A stretch of 64,000 nucleotides of DNA from Candidatus Obscuribacterales bacterium. Lineage in GTDB: Bacteria > Cyanobacteriota > Vampirovibrionia > Obscuribacterales > Obscuribacteraceae. The stretch covers positions 3,072,001 to 3,136,000 of the forward strand of contig CBDDIJ010000003.1 in the NCBI GenBank assembly GCA_965228855.1, read 5' to 3'. The position numbers were made by a program, and so were the translations under genes. The notes beneath the pieces were generated by a model. It was given only the letters and a program-made list of their open reading frames with translations, searched no databases and had not been told where the DNA came from. The stretch's first letter is position 1. Each line of letters starts with the position of its first letter. This document shows, in pieces, positions 1-10,000 of the stretch.

Positions 1-1356
1 AGCACCGGCGTCGCTTATCTCCTCGCGGTGGGATTCGCAAATGATTCCTACGACGGAAGCCTTGTTAATTCTGCCGACTCCGTGGTTGCAAGACTGAGAT
101 ACGAAGATGGCAAGGTTATTGCGGATTTACCGGAAGCCGCCCAGGAAATTCTTCGACATCATAACCTGGACAAGTTTTACTATCAGGTTGTGTCGACAAC
201 AGGCGCAAGAATCACAGGAGATGCCCTTCTTCCTGGTCCGTACACCCGACTCGATGCAAAAGAACCCGTTTTCAGATACGCCACATTGAACGGTGAAGAA
301 CTGCGCGTTGCTCGAGTACGTGCGGATATCGCCGGTTTTCCGGAAGGACAGGTTCTGGTTCAAGTAGCAGAAACGCTTCACAGCCGACATAGACTCGCAA
401 ATCAAATCCTGCTCAGCATCATCATCCCGCAGATCTTTCTGATACTGGTAGGTGGAGCAGCTGTCGCGCAAAACGTCTCCAACAGTTTTAAACCACTATC
501 AGCACTGCAGGAAGCTATCGCGAACAGAACTCAAAAAGACCTTTCTCCTGTTTCAGAAGAGAATATTCCATCAGAAGTGCGCCCACTGGTGACCGCTATC
601 AATGAGCTTTTGTCGCGCCTTCGCAACGATCTGGAAACCCAGAATCGTTTCGTAGCAAATGCCGCCCATCAGTTCCGCACTCCACTTGCCGGTTTAAAAA
701 CATACATCTACTATGCCAAGAAACTACTCTCCGGCGAGGACGAGGCAGTTGATCCGGAGATGAGACGCAAACAAATAGATACGGTTCTCGATCAAATCGA
801 TTCCGGAACCGATAGGATGACGCATCTGGCGAACAAGCTTCTCGCTCTGGCCAAGACGGATCCGGCGATCAGCACCTCGCGTTTTGAAGCAGTCGATCTA
901 AACTTCATAGTCTCGGAGATAACTTCCGAATTAATTGGAGAAGCGCTTAAAAAGAACCTTGACCTTGAGTTCATGGGATCTGAAGTTCCCGCGATTATCA
1001 AAGGTGACCCACTCAATTTGACCGAGCTAGCGGAAAATCTGATTGAGAACGCCGTTCTTTATACAGAGCCCGGCGGCAAGGTTCTTGTCACTATCGTTAA
1101 CTCCGGACATATTCTTCTTGCGGTACAAGACAATGGTCCTGGAATTCCAGCAGAAGAGCGCGCTCGTGTGTTTGAGCGCTTCTACCGGGCTCTGGGAACC
1201 GACGTGCCAGGAAGCGGACTGGGATTGCCGATAGTCAAAGAAATAGCCACCGCTCACAATGCCGAAGTCTTAATAACCACCGGTCCGAGCGGCTCGGGCA
1301 CGACAGTTGCAGTAACGTTTCCAGCAATGGATGAAAGCGATCGCTCCACAAACTGA
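1..1356 (+). CDS. Two-component sensor histidine kinase, TctE/QseC-like (5'-truncated by window)
   Basis: Frame open from base 1; 2CSK_N-like ANDSYDGSL, TM segment, HAMP, H-box FVANAAHQFRTPL, N-box NLIENAVLY, G boxes DNGPGI and GSGLGL. Confidence 0.92.
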   Translation, partial: STGVAYLLAVGFANDSYDGSLVNSADSVVARLRYEDGKVIADLPEAAQEILRHHNLDKFYYQVVSTTGARITGDALLPGPYTRLDAKEPVFRYATLNGEELRVARVRADIAGFPEGQVLVQVAETLHSRHRLANQILLSIIIPQIFLILVGGAAVAQNVSNSFKPLSALQEAIANRTQKDLSPVSEENIPSEVRPLVTAINELLSRLRNDLETQNRFVANAAHQFRTPLAGLKTYIYYAKKLLSGEDEAVDPEMRRKQIDTVLDQIDSGTDRMTHLANKLLALAKTDPAISTSRFEAVDLNFIVSEITSELIGEALKKNLDLEFMGSEVPAIIKGDPLNLTELAENLIENAVLYTEPGGKVLVTIVNSGHILLAVQDNGPGIPAEERARVFERFYRALGTDVPGSGLGLPIVKEIATAHNAEVLITTGPSGSGTTVAVTFPAMDESDRSTN

Positions 1357-1563
1357 GGTTGAAACTAGCTTTTAGAAGAAAGCTGGAATAATTGACGCAC
1401 CAAGCGAAGCGAGAAACGCAACTACCATTATCCAGGTGATGGTCTTAGTGTGTCTTCTGAAAAAATCGCTGTTCATAGCTAATCTGCCCGCACGGACGGT
1501 TGACAACAATAAACAAAGATTACCATAGACCTTAAAGCAAAACGTTGGACCGCGCTAAGCATC

Positions 1564-3573
1564 TCATTGTTCGTTCACATCGTACTCTCCGCCCTCTTCC
1601 GCGACCAGCGGAACCGGTGGATGAAGCGTGTTATAGATGCTCGCGGCCACATTTTTTGGAAGGCCGACCACCTTTTCCAGGTCCTCGAGCGACGCCTGGC
1701 GAATCTTCGACATGGTGCCGAAGTGGTTTAACAGAAGTTTGCGCCGCGCCTGCCCGACCCCCTTCAGGTCGTCGAGTTCGGACTTCAGAGAACGCTTCGC
1801 TCTGCGCTTTCTATGGAACGTGACGGCAAATCGATGAGCCTCATTTCGCACTCTTTGAAGCAGGAACAAAGCCTCACTTCGCCGGGAGAGCAGCACAGGA
1901 TCTGAGCGATGCGGAAAGAAAACCTCTTCGTGCCTCTTTGCTAAACCTACTATATCGAATTGCTTCATATCCAGACCGCGCGGAATCAGCTCGTCGAGGG
2001 CCTCCAGCGCGGCACCCAGTTGCCCCTTGCCGCCATCTATAATGATCAAGTCTGGGAACGCGCGACCTTCTTCGAGAATGCGAGAATAGCGCCTACCAAC
2101 AACTTCTTTCATCGAAGCGAAGTCGTTCGGCTCACCCTCGACTGATTTTATTTTGAACGTTCTATAGTCGCTCTTCTTTGGCATCCCTCGCTCGAATACG
2201 ACCATACTCGCGACGTTGTCCGTTCCCGAAATATTCGATATATCAAAACACTCGATGCGTTTTGGCAAATGACTGATACCAAGCTCTTCTTTTAGACGCG
2301 TCAAAACACTCTCAGTGCGTCCATCAGCGTCTTCGTCAATAGTAGAGATTTCCAACTCAAGGTTTTGCTGAGCATTTTTCCTTGCCATTTCAATCAAATT
2401 CATTTTCGGACCGCCGCGTTGTGGAACCAAAAGTTTCACAATGCGCTGAGCTTTTGCGCTGAGCAGCTCCTGAAGGGCATTCACATCTTCGAGTTCGTGC
2501 TGGACGAGAACTTCACCGGGAACGTAAACGTCCTCGCACTGCGCATAATACTGATCGACAAACGACTGAAACGCCTCATCCCAACCCGTTTTATCCGTGA
2601 GCGGAAGACAAACCGTTTCAGACGACACCAACTTCCCTTCACGCACGCGCATGATGCAGGCAGCCAACATTTTCTCTGTATGCGCCTCGGCGATGACATC
2701 ACTGCTCACTTTTCTGCTTTCAAAAAACACTTGCTGTTTTTCGATTACAGTTTCCAATGCCTTTAAACGGTCTCGAATCTTCGCGGCTTGCTCGAACTCC
2801 AGGTCTTCCGATGCCGACTGCATCTCCTGCGTGAGTTGTTGAACAACTTCAGTTTGTCGACCGGAAAGAAACAATTCCACCTGCTTAACCATAGCATCGT
2901 AAACTTGCTCTTCAACCAGGTTTCGGCAAGGCGCAAGACATAAACCAATGTAGTAGTTCATACAAGGTCTATCTTTGAACAAAGGCTTCTTTCGCTGTCG
3001 CATCGGAAAGACCTTGCGTAAGACGCGCACGGTTTCCCACATCTGACCGGTTTCAACATAAGGACCGAAGACTCTGTTTTTCGGATGAGTCTTCCGGTAA
3101 CTCACCGGATCACGCACCATAATCAACCGCGGGAAAGGAACATCGTACGTGATGGCGAGCCAGGGATATCGCCTGTCGTCCTTGAGCGCGATATTGTATT
3201 TCGGCATGTGCTGCCGGATCAGCGTCGCCTCCAGCAACAGCGCTTCCTTTTCCGAATGCGTGAGAATGGTGTCAATTCTCGAAACCTTCGGCATCATCAC
3301 ATACAGCTTAGGTCGCTCGCGCCATGACGCCTGGTTCCAATATGATTTCACGCGTGACTTTAGCGAAAGTGCCTTGCCGATGTAAACGATTGAGTTTGAG
3401 CTGTCCTTGAACAAATAGACGCCAGGCTGATCCGCAAGCATTGATAGCTGCAGTTTCAATTCGTCTGAGATATCGAGGTCGCCCATGTCTTGAGTCGTTG
3501 CTGACCGTTTAATTTTCTGCCCGAGTCGCTTGTAAGGGTCTTTGCGATTTTTCATTTTGGAAACTGGCGTCAT
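1564..3573 (-). CDS. uvrC: Excinuclease ABC subunit C
   Basis: GIY-YIG motif PGVYLF..YIGKA..RVKSY, UVR domain LEFEQAAKIRD, RNase H-like IECFDISN and IDGGKGQL, C-terminal HhH. Confidence 0.98.
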   Translation of the reverse strand: MTPVSKMKNRKDPYKRLGQKIKRSATTQDMGDLDISDELKLQLSMLADQPGVYLFKDSSNSIVYIGKALSLKSRVKSYWNQASWRERPKLYVMMPKVSRIDTILTHSEKEALLLEATLIRQHMPKYNIALKDDRRYPWLAITYDVPFPRLIMVRDPVSYRKTHPKNRVFGPYVETGQMWETVRVLRKVFPMRQRKKPLFKDRPCMNYYIGLCLAPCRNLVEEQVYDAMVKQVELFLSGRQTEVVQQLTQEMQSASEDLEFEQAAKIRDRLKALETVIEKQQVFFESRKVSSDVIAEAHTEKMLAACIMRVREGKLVSSETVCLPLTDKTGWDEAFQSFVDQYYAQCEDVYVPGEVLVQHELEDVNALQELLSAKAQRIVKLLVPQRGGPKMNLIEMARKNAQQNLELEISTIDEDADGRTESVLTRLKEELGISHLPKRIECFDISNISGTDNVASMVVFERGMPKKSDYRTFKIKSVEGEPNDFASMKEVVGRRYSRILEEGRAFPDLIIIDGGKGQLGAALEALDELIPRGLDMKQFDIVGLAKRHEEVFFPHRSDPVLLSRRSEALFLLQRVRNEAHRFAVTFHRKRRAKRSLKSELDDLKGVGQARRKLLLNHFGTMSKIRQASLEDLEKVVGLPKNVAASIYNTLHPPVPLVAEEGGEYDVNEQ

Positions 3574-3734
3574 TCGGACTGCGGACAGCCCACGACAAAC
3601 TATCGCTGTTCACATCATATTCAGATTTTACTAGGCTCGGAACCTTTAGCAATTAAAGATTCATTGTTCTTTCAAGGCTGGACGTTTAACTGGCTCGGCG
3701 CGACCCTCAAAGACGGCTCTGTACTGAAAACGAT

Positions 3735-5240
3735 TTACATGAACGGTTTCATGTCCAGCGGAAAATCTTTGTCTTGCATTGCCGCCGCGAACACCGCGTC
3801 ATCTTTCTTCTTCTCTGATTTCGAGAAATCGATTCCCGGCATAGCTATGAGAAGCGCCTCTGTCAATGTTTCCACACCAATAACTTCCATCTGTTTAGAC
3901 CGAATATTAATCGGCAGATTGCACTTAGGCACAATTGCTCGTTTGAAACCCAGACGAGCCGCCTCTTTCACGCGATGCTCCAGCATCACGACAGGACGAA
4001 CTTCGCCTGTCAATCCAACTTCGCCAATAAAAATTGTAGACGAATCCACGGATCGATCCAGAAGCGAAGTAGCGATGGCAACGCCTACGCCAAGATCACC
4101 GGCTGGATCATCGATGTCGATGCCGCCGACGATGTTGACGTAAATGTCGGCGCGAGCAAGACCTAGACCGACCTTCTTTTCGAGAACAGCAATCAGCTGC
4201 AGAAGCCTGTTGCTATCCCATCCATTCGCCAACCGACGAGGCGCAGAATAAGTAGTGACGCTAACCAGGGCTTGAACTTCCAACAGCAATGTCCGGCTAC
4301 CTTCGCCGGTCGCGATTACGGCCGTACCGGAAGGCGCTTGTCTGGATCCCATTTTGTTTAAGCGGTCACCAAGCAGAAACTCGCTTGGATTGCCGACCTC
4401 GTTCAATCCACCTTCCGTCATCGAGAAGATCGCAATCTCTGAAGTGGAACCGAATCTGTTTTTGTTCGGTCGCAAAATTCGCAATTGGCGAGTGCGATCG
4501 CCCTCGAAGTGAAGCACGACATCGACCATGTGTTCCAGGATTCGAGGTCCTGCGATCGAACCCTCTTTGGTTACATGCCCGACCAGAATGGTGGCAATAT
4601 TCGCTGCCTTAGCGGAGTTGATTATGATTTGCGCAGACTCCCGAACCTGGCTCACTGAGCCAGCCGCACTCGTTATGTCTCTATGAAAAATCGACTGGAT
4701 ACTATCGATGATCGCGACACCGTTGGAGAACTCTTGCATCGTCTCCGAAATTTTCACCGAGTCCTGTTGCGTGTCGACATGAACGCGCGAATCCTGCATG
4801 TTGAGCCGACTCGCACGCAACTTAACTTGCATCGCGGATTCCTCGCCGGCAACATAGAGAACCTCCTTCTCTGCGCTGACGTGTCGAGCAACCTGCAACA
4901 GTAGGGTCGACTTTCCGATACCAGGATCACCGGCGAGAAGAATCACTGCTCCGGGAACGAAACCGCCGCCGAGCACCTCATCCAATCCAGGGATCCCGGT
5001 GAATATACGTTCGGAGTGCGACGCCTTAAGATCTTGTAAGAGGGTTGGTTTAGTCGATTCCTGACCGTCGGATGACAAAACCGAGCGAGTCACGTTTTTC
5101 GAGAAAGCGCTCTGGCTGTCGAGCGAGGAAACCTCCTCGACCATGGAACCCCAGCTGCCGCATTCCGTGCAACGCCCCAGGAATCCGGATGTTTGAAAAC
5201 CGCATCCCTGACAGGTCCAGCGAGATCGCGCCTTGGCCAT
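3735..5240 (-). CDS. radA: DNA repair protein RadA/Sms
   Basis: C4 zinc finger CQGC..CTEC, Walker A GDPGIGKST, KNRFG motif, Lon-like C-terminus; ATG at 5240 preceded by GGAGG. Confidence 0.97.
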   Translation of the reverse strand: MAKARSRWTCQGCGFQTSGFLGRCTECGSWGSMVEEVSSLDSQSAFSKNVTRSVLSSDGQESTKPTLLQDLKASHSERIFTGIPGLDEVLGGGFVPGAVILLAGDPGIGKSTLLLQVARHVSAEKEVLYVAGEESAMQVKLRASRLNMQDSRVHVDTQQDSVKISETMQEFSNGVAIIDSIQSIFHRDITSAAGSVSQVRESAQIIINSAKAANIATILVGHVTKEGSIAGPRILEHMVDVVLHFEGDRTRQLRILRPNKNRFGSTSEIAIFSMTEGGLNEVGNPSEFLLGDRLNKMGSRQAPSGTAVIATGEGSRTLLLEVQALVSVTTYSAPRRLANGWDSNRLLQLIAVLEKKVGLGLARADIYVNIVGGIDIDDPAGDLGVGVAIATSLLDRSVDSSTIFIGEVGLTGEVRPVVMLEHRVKEAARLGFKRAIVPKCNLPINIRSKQMEVIGVETLTEALLIAMPGIDFSKSEKKKDDAVFAAAMQDKDFPLDMKPFM

Positions 5241-5455
5241 AAACACCTCCGTATGGTGCCACCATTTTAGCCGGTGTTGCGGATCGTTCCGTTACAGTGA
5301 TGTCATTCTAAATTCGGACATAGCGCGCATATATACTCGAAACTGAAGGGAAGCGGAATGGAAACGGAATGATTAATGCGTTGTGTTAGAAACCTAGCCG
5401 TTTCCGAAAGCGTTCGTTTGCTATAAAGGAAGCGTAAGAAAGGGAGCCTCTTTGC

Positions 5456-6271
5456 ATGCACTTTCAGTCGCCTGGCGCGTTCGTTATAAACGTCGGCTTC
5501 GTAACCATCCGCTGGTATGGTTTGCTCATCGCGACCGGATTTGTGATAGCCGCTATCATGGCGCACCATCTGGCGCGCCGATGGAAACTAGATCCGGAGC
5601 AAGTGACGAACCTCTGTCTCATTTCGTTCATCGGTGGCATCATCGGGGGACGTCTCTACTTCGTCGCTTTGAACTGGTCTAGCTTCTGGTCACAGCCACT
5701 CGAAATATTTGCGATGTGGCACGGAGGAATGTCAATTCATGGTGGTATCATCGGCGGTTTCTTAACCGCTGCAATTTATAGTCGCATCGCTAAACTTCCT
5801 GTGCTTCGCTGCTTCGATCTCGGCGGCTGCGTCATGCCTCTGGCGCAAGCAATCGGCCGCTGGGGAAACTTCTTCAATTCCGAGGCCTTCGGACAACCGG
5901 TGCCGGACAACTTTCCGTTGAAACTCTTTATTCCTAGAGAATCGAGACCCTATCAGTATTTCAATCACGAGTATTTCCATCCGACCTTTCTGTACGAATC
6001 GATTTGGAACCTGCTCATCTTTCTGTTTCTCTATCACTTCGCATCGAAGAAACTCTACAAATACCCGGGTCTCACGTTTCTCCTCTACATCGATCTGTAC
6101 TCCCTGGGCCGCTTGATGATCGAACCAATCCGCGTCGACAGCATCATGGCCGGCGAAACCCCAGTCCCAATCATAGCCAGCGCCGCCAGCCTAATCATCG
6201 CGAGCATCCTGTTTCTTGCTCTCCTCGCCTACTACAAGAAAAAAGGCATCACCGTCCCCATCCCGGACTAA
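5456..6271 (+). CDS. lgt: Prolipoprotein diacylglyceryl transferase
   Basis: IRWYGL, GGRLYFV, GGMSIHGG, QAIGRWGNFFNSEAFG, HPTFLYES. Confidence 0.97.
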   Translation: MHFQSPGAFVINVGFVTIRWYGLLIATGFVIAAIMAHHLARRWKLDPEQVTNLCLISFIGGIIGGRLYFVALNWSSFWSQPLEIFAMWHGGMSIHGGIIGGFLTAAIYSRIAKLPVLRCFDLGGCVMPLAQAIGRWGNFFNSEAFGQPVPDNFPLKLFIPRESRPYQYFNHEYFHPTFLYESIWNLLIFLFLYHFASKKLYKYPGLTFLLYIDLYSLGRLMIEPIRVDSIMAGETPVPIIASAASLIIASILFLALLAYYKKKGITVPIPD

Positions 6272-6277
6272 GTCCCT

Positions 6278-7008
6278 CCCTACTATAACCGACGGTAGCA
6301 CCAGTTACCAAAGACTGGCTCAACGCAGGCATTTCCAGCCCTCGCCCCGAGACGGATTATTTTAAAGCTAGCCTTTGGCTACGACAGATAGACGCTTTTC
6401 GCGAACACGATCTATCTACTATAATCGACGGTAGTACCAGTTACCAAAAACTGGCTCAGCGCAGGCATTTCCAGTCCTCGTCCCAAGAGGGCGTATTCAA
6501 AAACTAGCGTTTGGCTACGACAGATAGACGCTTTTCGCGAAATCCGGCATCGCACGATAGCCAAAAATCATCCCTACTATAGAGCCCAGCAGGCTTATTC
6601 CTCAGAAAGGCTCATCTCCACGCGCTTCTCCGCCTTCACTACAAATGGCCAGTGCCCAAAGATAGCGTTTGGCTACGACAGATAGACGCTTTTCGCGAAA
6701 TCCGGCATCGCTGGATAGCCAAACACCCCCCAACATCCCTACTATAGAGCCAAGCAGGCTCAATCCGCAGAAAGGCTCCCCTCCGCGCGCTTCTCCGCCT
6801 TCATTACAAATGGCCAGTGCCCAAAGACAGCCTTTGGCTACGAGAGATAGACGCTTTTCGCGAAATCCGGCATCGCTGGATAGCCAAAAACAACTTTCTG
6901 ACTAGTCCTTCTCGATGGTACCGTTGAAAACCTTCCCGACGACGCGTTCTACGGTCGGAGGTCATCCTAACTCGTATAGTAGGGTGCCCGGGGGCATCGC
7001 TGGATAGG
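6278..7008. repeat. Composite intergenic repeat array (REP/BIME-like): four units in AABB order sharing a 56-bp core with terminal inverted repeats
   Basis: Core TTTGGCTACGACAGATAGACGCTTTTCGCGAAATCCGGCATCGCTGGATAGCCAAA at 6510-6565, 6668-6723 and 6833-6888 (few mismatches), truncated at 6374-6405, fragment at 6993-7007; each unit starts with (CC)CTACTATA at 6278, 6416, 6572, 6737; inverted TATAGTAGGG at 6975. Confidence 0.9.
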
Positions 7009-7024
7009 CCCGAGCAAGAAGCGC

Positions 7025-10000
7025 TTAGCGTTTCTTGCCTGGCGCGGCTGGGGCGACACGCTTCAAGCCATCTTTGACGGCTGCAGCGTTCGCGCCTGCG
7101 GGCTGCAATTGCAAGTACTTCGTATAGTCCTTGCGAGCAGCTTCGTTTTGCTTCAGGTCCTCGTAGATCAAGCCGCGATAGTAGTAGGCATCGGCAAGAG
7201 TCGCATTCTTGTTGATTGCCGCGGTGTATTCCTGCAACGCACCAGTATTGTCGTTATTGGCTTGCAGAGCCGTTCCGAGGTTGAGGTGGGTGCTGGCGTC
7301 GTCGTTGATCTTGAGAGCAGCGCGGTAGTCAGCGATAGCTCCGGCGAGATCGTACTTACCGTCAGGCAATGCTGTCGTCTGCTTCTTGATAGCGCTGTCG
7401 ATGAGCGGTTGAGCTTGGAACGCCCGCAGGTTAGTTGCAGCTTCTTTGTAAGCCTTCTCTTGCGGAGCAAGCGAGATAGCTTTGTCGTAATCAGCCAGAG
7501 CGGATGCGATATCGTTCTTACTCTCGTCGTTACGAGCTTGATAGCAAGTACCACGCGCGTAGTAGTAGGCTGCTTCGCTGGGCGATGCTGTAATAGCTTT
7601 GCCGTAGGCCGCCAGCGCATCGTCGTATTTTTGTTCGCCCTGCAACTTGATCGCATCGTTGTATGCTTGTTGCGTTTCCGCCGTTTGCGCTTGTTGCGCA
7701 GCGGTCTGAATCTTCTGCAGATTCGTCGGGTTTGCCTTGATGTCTTTCAAGCGCTGTTCAGCCTGGGCTCGGAATCCACCACTGGGCGATACCTGGATGT
7801 ATTGCGTGTAGTGCATGAGCGCATTACTTGCATTGCCGTCGTTCTCATCCAGCACACCCAGGAAATACAGGTTGTCGGCTTTCGCTTTGCCGCCAATCTT
7901 GTAGCCCTGCTCGTAACCGTTTCGCGCCTTAGCAAAGTCGCCGAGATTCTGATAGCTAGCGCCCAAGAATGTCCAGGCGTCAGCATTGTTGGGAGTAATC
8001 TTCAAGGCTGCGTCATACTTTTGAGCCGCAGTTTGGAAGTCGCTCGCCGCATATGCTTTGTTAGCTTCGTCAATTAGCGGCGCAGCATCGGCCTCAGTCA
8101 AACCTGTCAGCAAGTCATTAATTTGCTTAATCTGGTCTTTGTTTTTAGTGAGCGCAAGCGCCTTTTGATAGTAGGTCTTCGCATTTGCGTTGTCGCCTTT
8201 ACCCTGGTAAGCAGTTCCTATCGCGAACGGATAAGCGAACTCTGTTGGAACAGCTGCAGCAGCTTTCTGATACTCAGCAATTGCTTCGTCGAACTTCGAG
8301 TCTTTCTGCAACTGCATACCAGCGTTGTAGGAGTCCTCTGCAATCTTTGCGTTTGCAAGTTCACCCTGCGTAGCCAATTTCTGCGTGTCCGTTACGTTCT
8401 TCTTCAGCGCATCCCAGCGTGATTTAGCCGCAGTGTAATACGCACCACCGGTGCCGGCAGCCTTGATGTATCTGTCGTACAGCTCGAATGCAGATTGACC
8501 CTTGCCAAAGTTTTCGTCAATCACACCCATGAGATACAAGTTACCGACTTCATTCTTAGAGTCAGTGTCGAAGCCTTTCTTATAAGCATCTCTTGCTTTT
8601 TCAAACTGGTCTGTTTGCTGATACGCACTACCAAGGTTCGTCCACAACTTACCATTCTCTGGTATCAGCTGTAGTGCCTGCAAATACATTGAAATCGCGC
8701 CTGCGTTATCGCCATCTTGCTGCTTCTTAACAGCGGCATCAACAATTGGCTGCGCTTTATCCTGGTTCGCAGACTGAATTGCCTCGTCCATGATTTTGTT
8801 GTCGCCTTTCGCGTTCAGCGACTTCGCTTTCTGATACTGCGCGATAGCCTCATCGTACTTGTCCATCGCTTGCAACAGTGTACCTAAACCATAGACGAAG
8901 TCCGGGTTATTCGGCATGTTCTGAATTGCTGTTTGATAGAGCGGAAGCGCCTGGTCGTATTGGTTTTGCTTCTGCAATGCGACTGCCTTTTGGAAAGCAT
9001 CAAACGCGGCTGTTTCCTTCGCGCGATCTTCTTCTGATTTGATCTTGATCGTGGCGGTTATATCTTTGCGAAGAGCAGCAATTCTCTCGTTAGCCTCTTT
9101 TACGTAGGTGCCGTTAGGCGCCTTCTGAATGTAGGTAGAGTAATCCGTTAACGCTTTCGTTCCGTTTCCATTGTTCTCATCAATGGTGCCGATGAAGTAG
9201 AGAACATCCACACGACCTTTCGGATCGAGGTCATATGCTTTCTGATACGACTGCTCGGCGCGGTTGTAATCGAGATAAGAATACTGAGCGGCACCAAGGT
9301 TGTACCAAACCTCATCATTCTTATCGCGGATCTTCAAATATTCTTGGTACGCAGGAATTGCTTCGGCGTATTTTTTCTCTTTGTGCAACGCGAGAGCTTT
9401 GTCGAGAAGCGGCTGCGCCTTCAAGTCCATCGCCTCATCGTACGCGTCGGCGTAACTCTGGTTCTTCTGATCCAGCGACTTGGCAGCGGCGTATTCGCGC
9501 AGCGCAGAGTCTAGATCTTTCTTGGCTTGATACGCGGCACCAAGGTTGAAGTGAACACCCGCATCTTTGTTGTCGATCTTCAGCAACTCGAGATACGCTG
9601 CAATCGCCTCGTCGTATCGACCCGCTTTGAACGCGTCGTTACCAGATTTTCCGAGCGCGTCGATACGCTGATCTTGTTGCGCATCGGTTGCAGTCTGAAT
9701 ACCTTTAATAGCGTCGGCGTTATCCTTTTTGAAGTTGAGCGCTTGCTTGTAGGCTTTGATCGCGTTCGGATAATCCTTCATCGCCTGGTAAACCGTACCC
9801 AGGTTGACCCAGATGGTGTCATCGTTAGGAGACAACTTCAACGCCATCAAGTACTGATCCAGCGCTTGTTTAAACTTGCCACCAGTCTGATACTCGTAAC
9901 CCAAGTTGATCAAATTGTCGACTTGAGCTTTCTTCTTAGCGTCATCGAGCTTAGCAAGAAGCGCTTGAGCAGTAGGGTTTTGTGTCCCCTTGGATAAACG

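Noticed and set aside
6374..6888. CRISPR array (56-bp repeat with intervening sequence)
   Set aside because: The repeat is too long, the intervening segments are about 100-110 bp and are themselves duplicated (A,A,B,B), and there are no cas genes.
6669..6905. 78-aa ORF in the repeat array
   Set aside because: TTG start, no RBS, and it is simply a translation of the repeat units.
7109..8077. 322-aa plus-strand ORF and similar long antisense ORFs (e.g. 12195-13154, 16567-17424)
   Set aside because: Fully antisense to well-supported genes and lacking motifs of their own.
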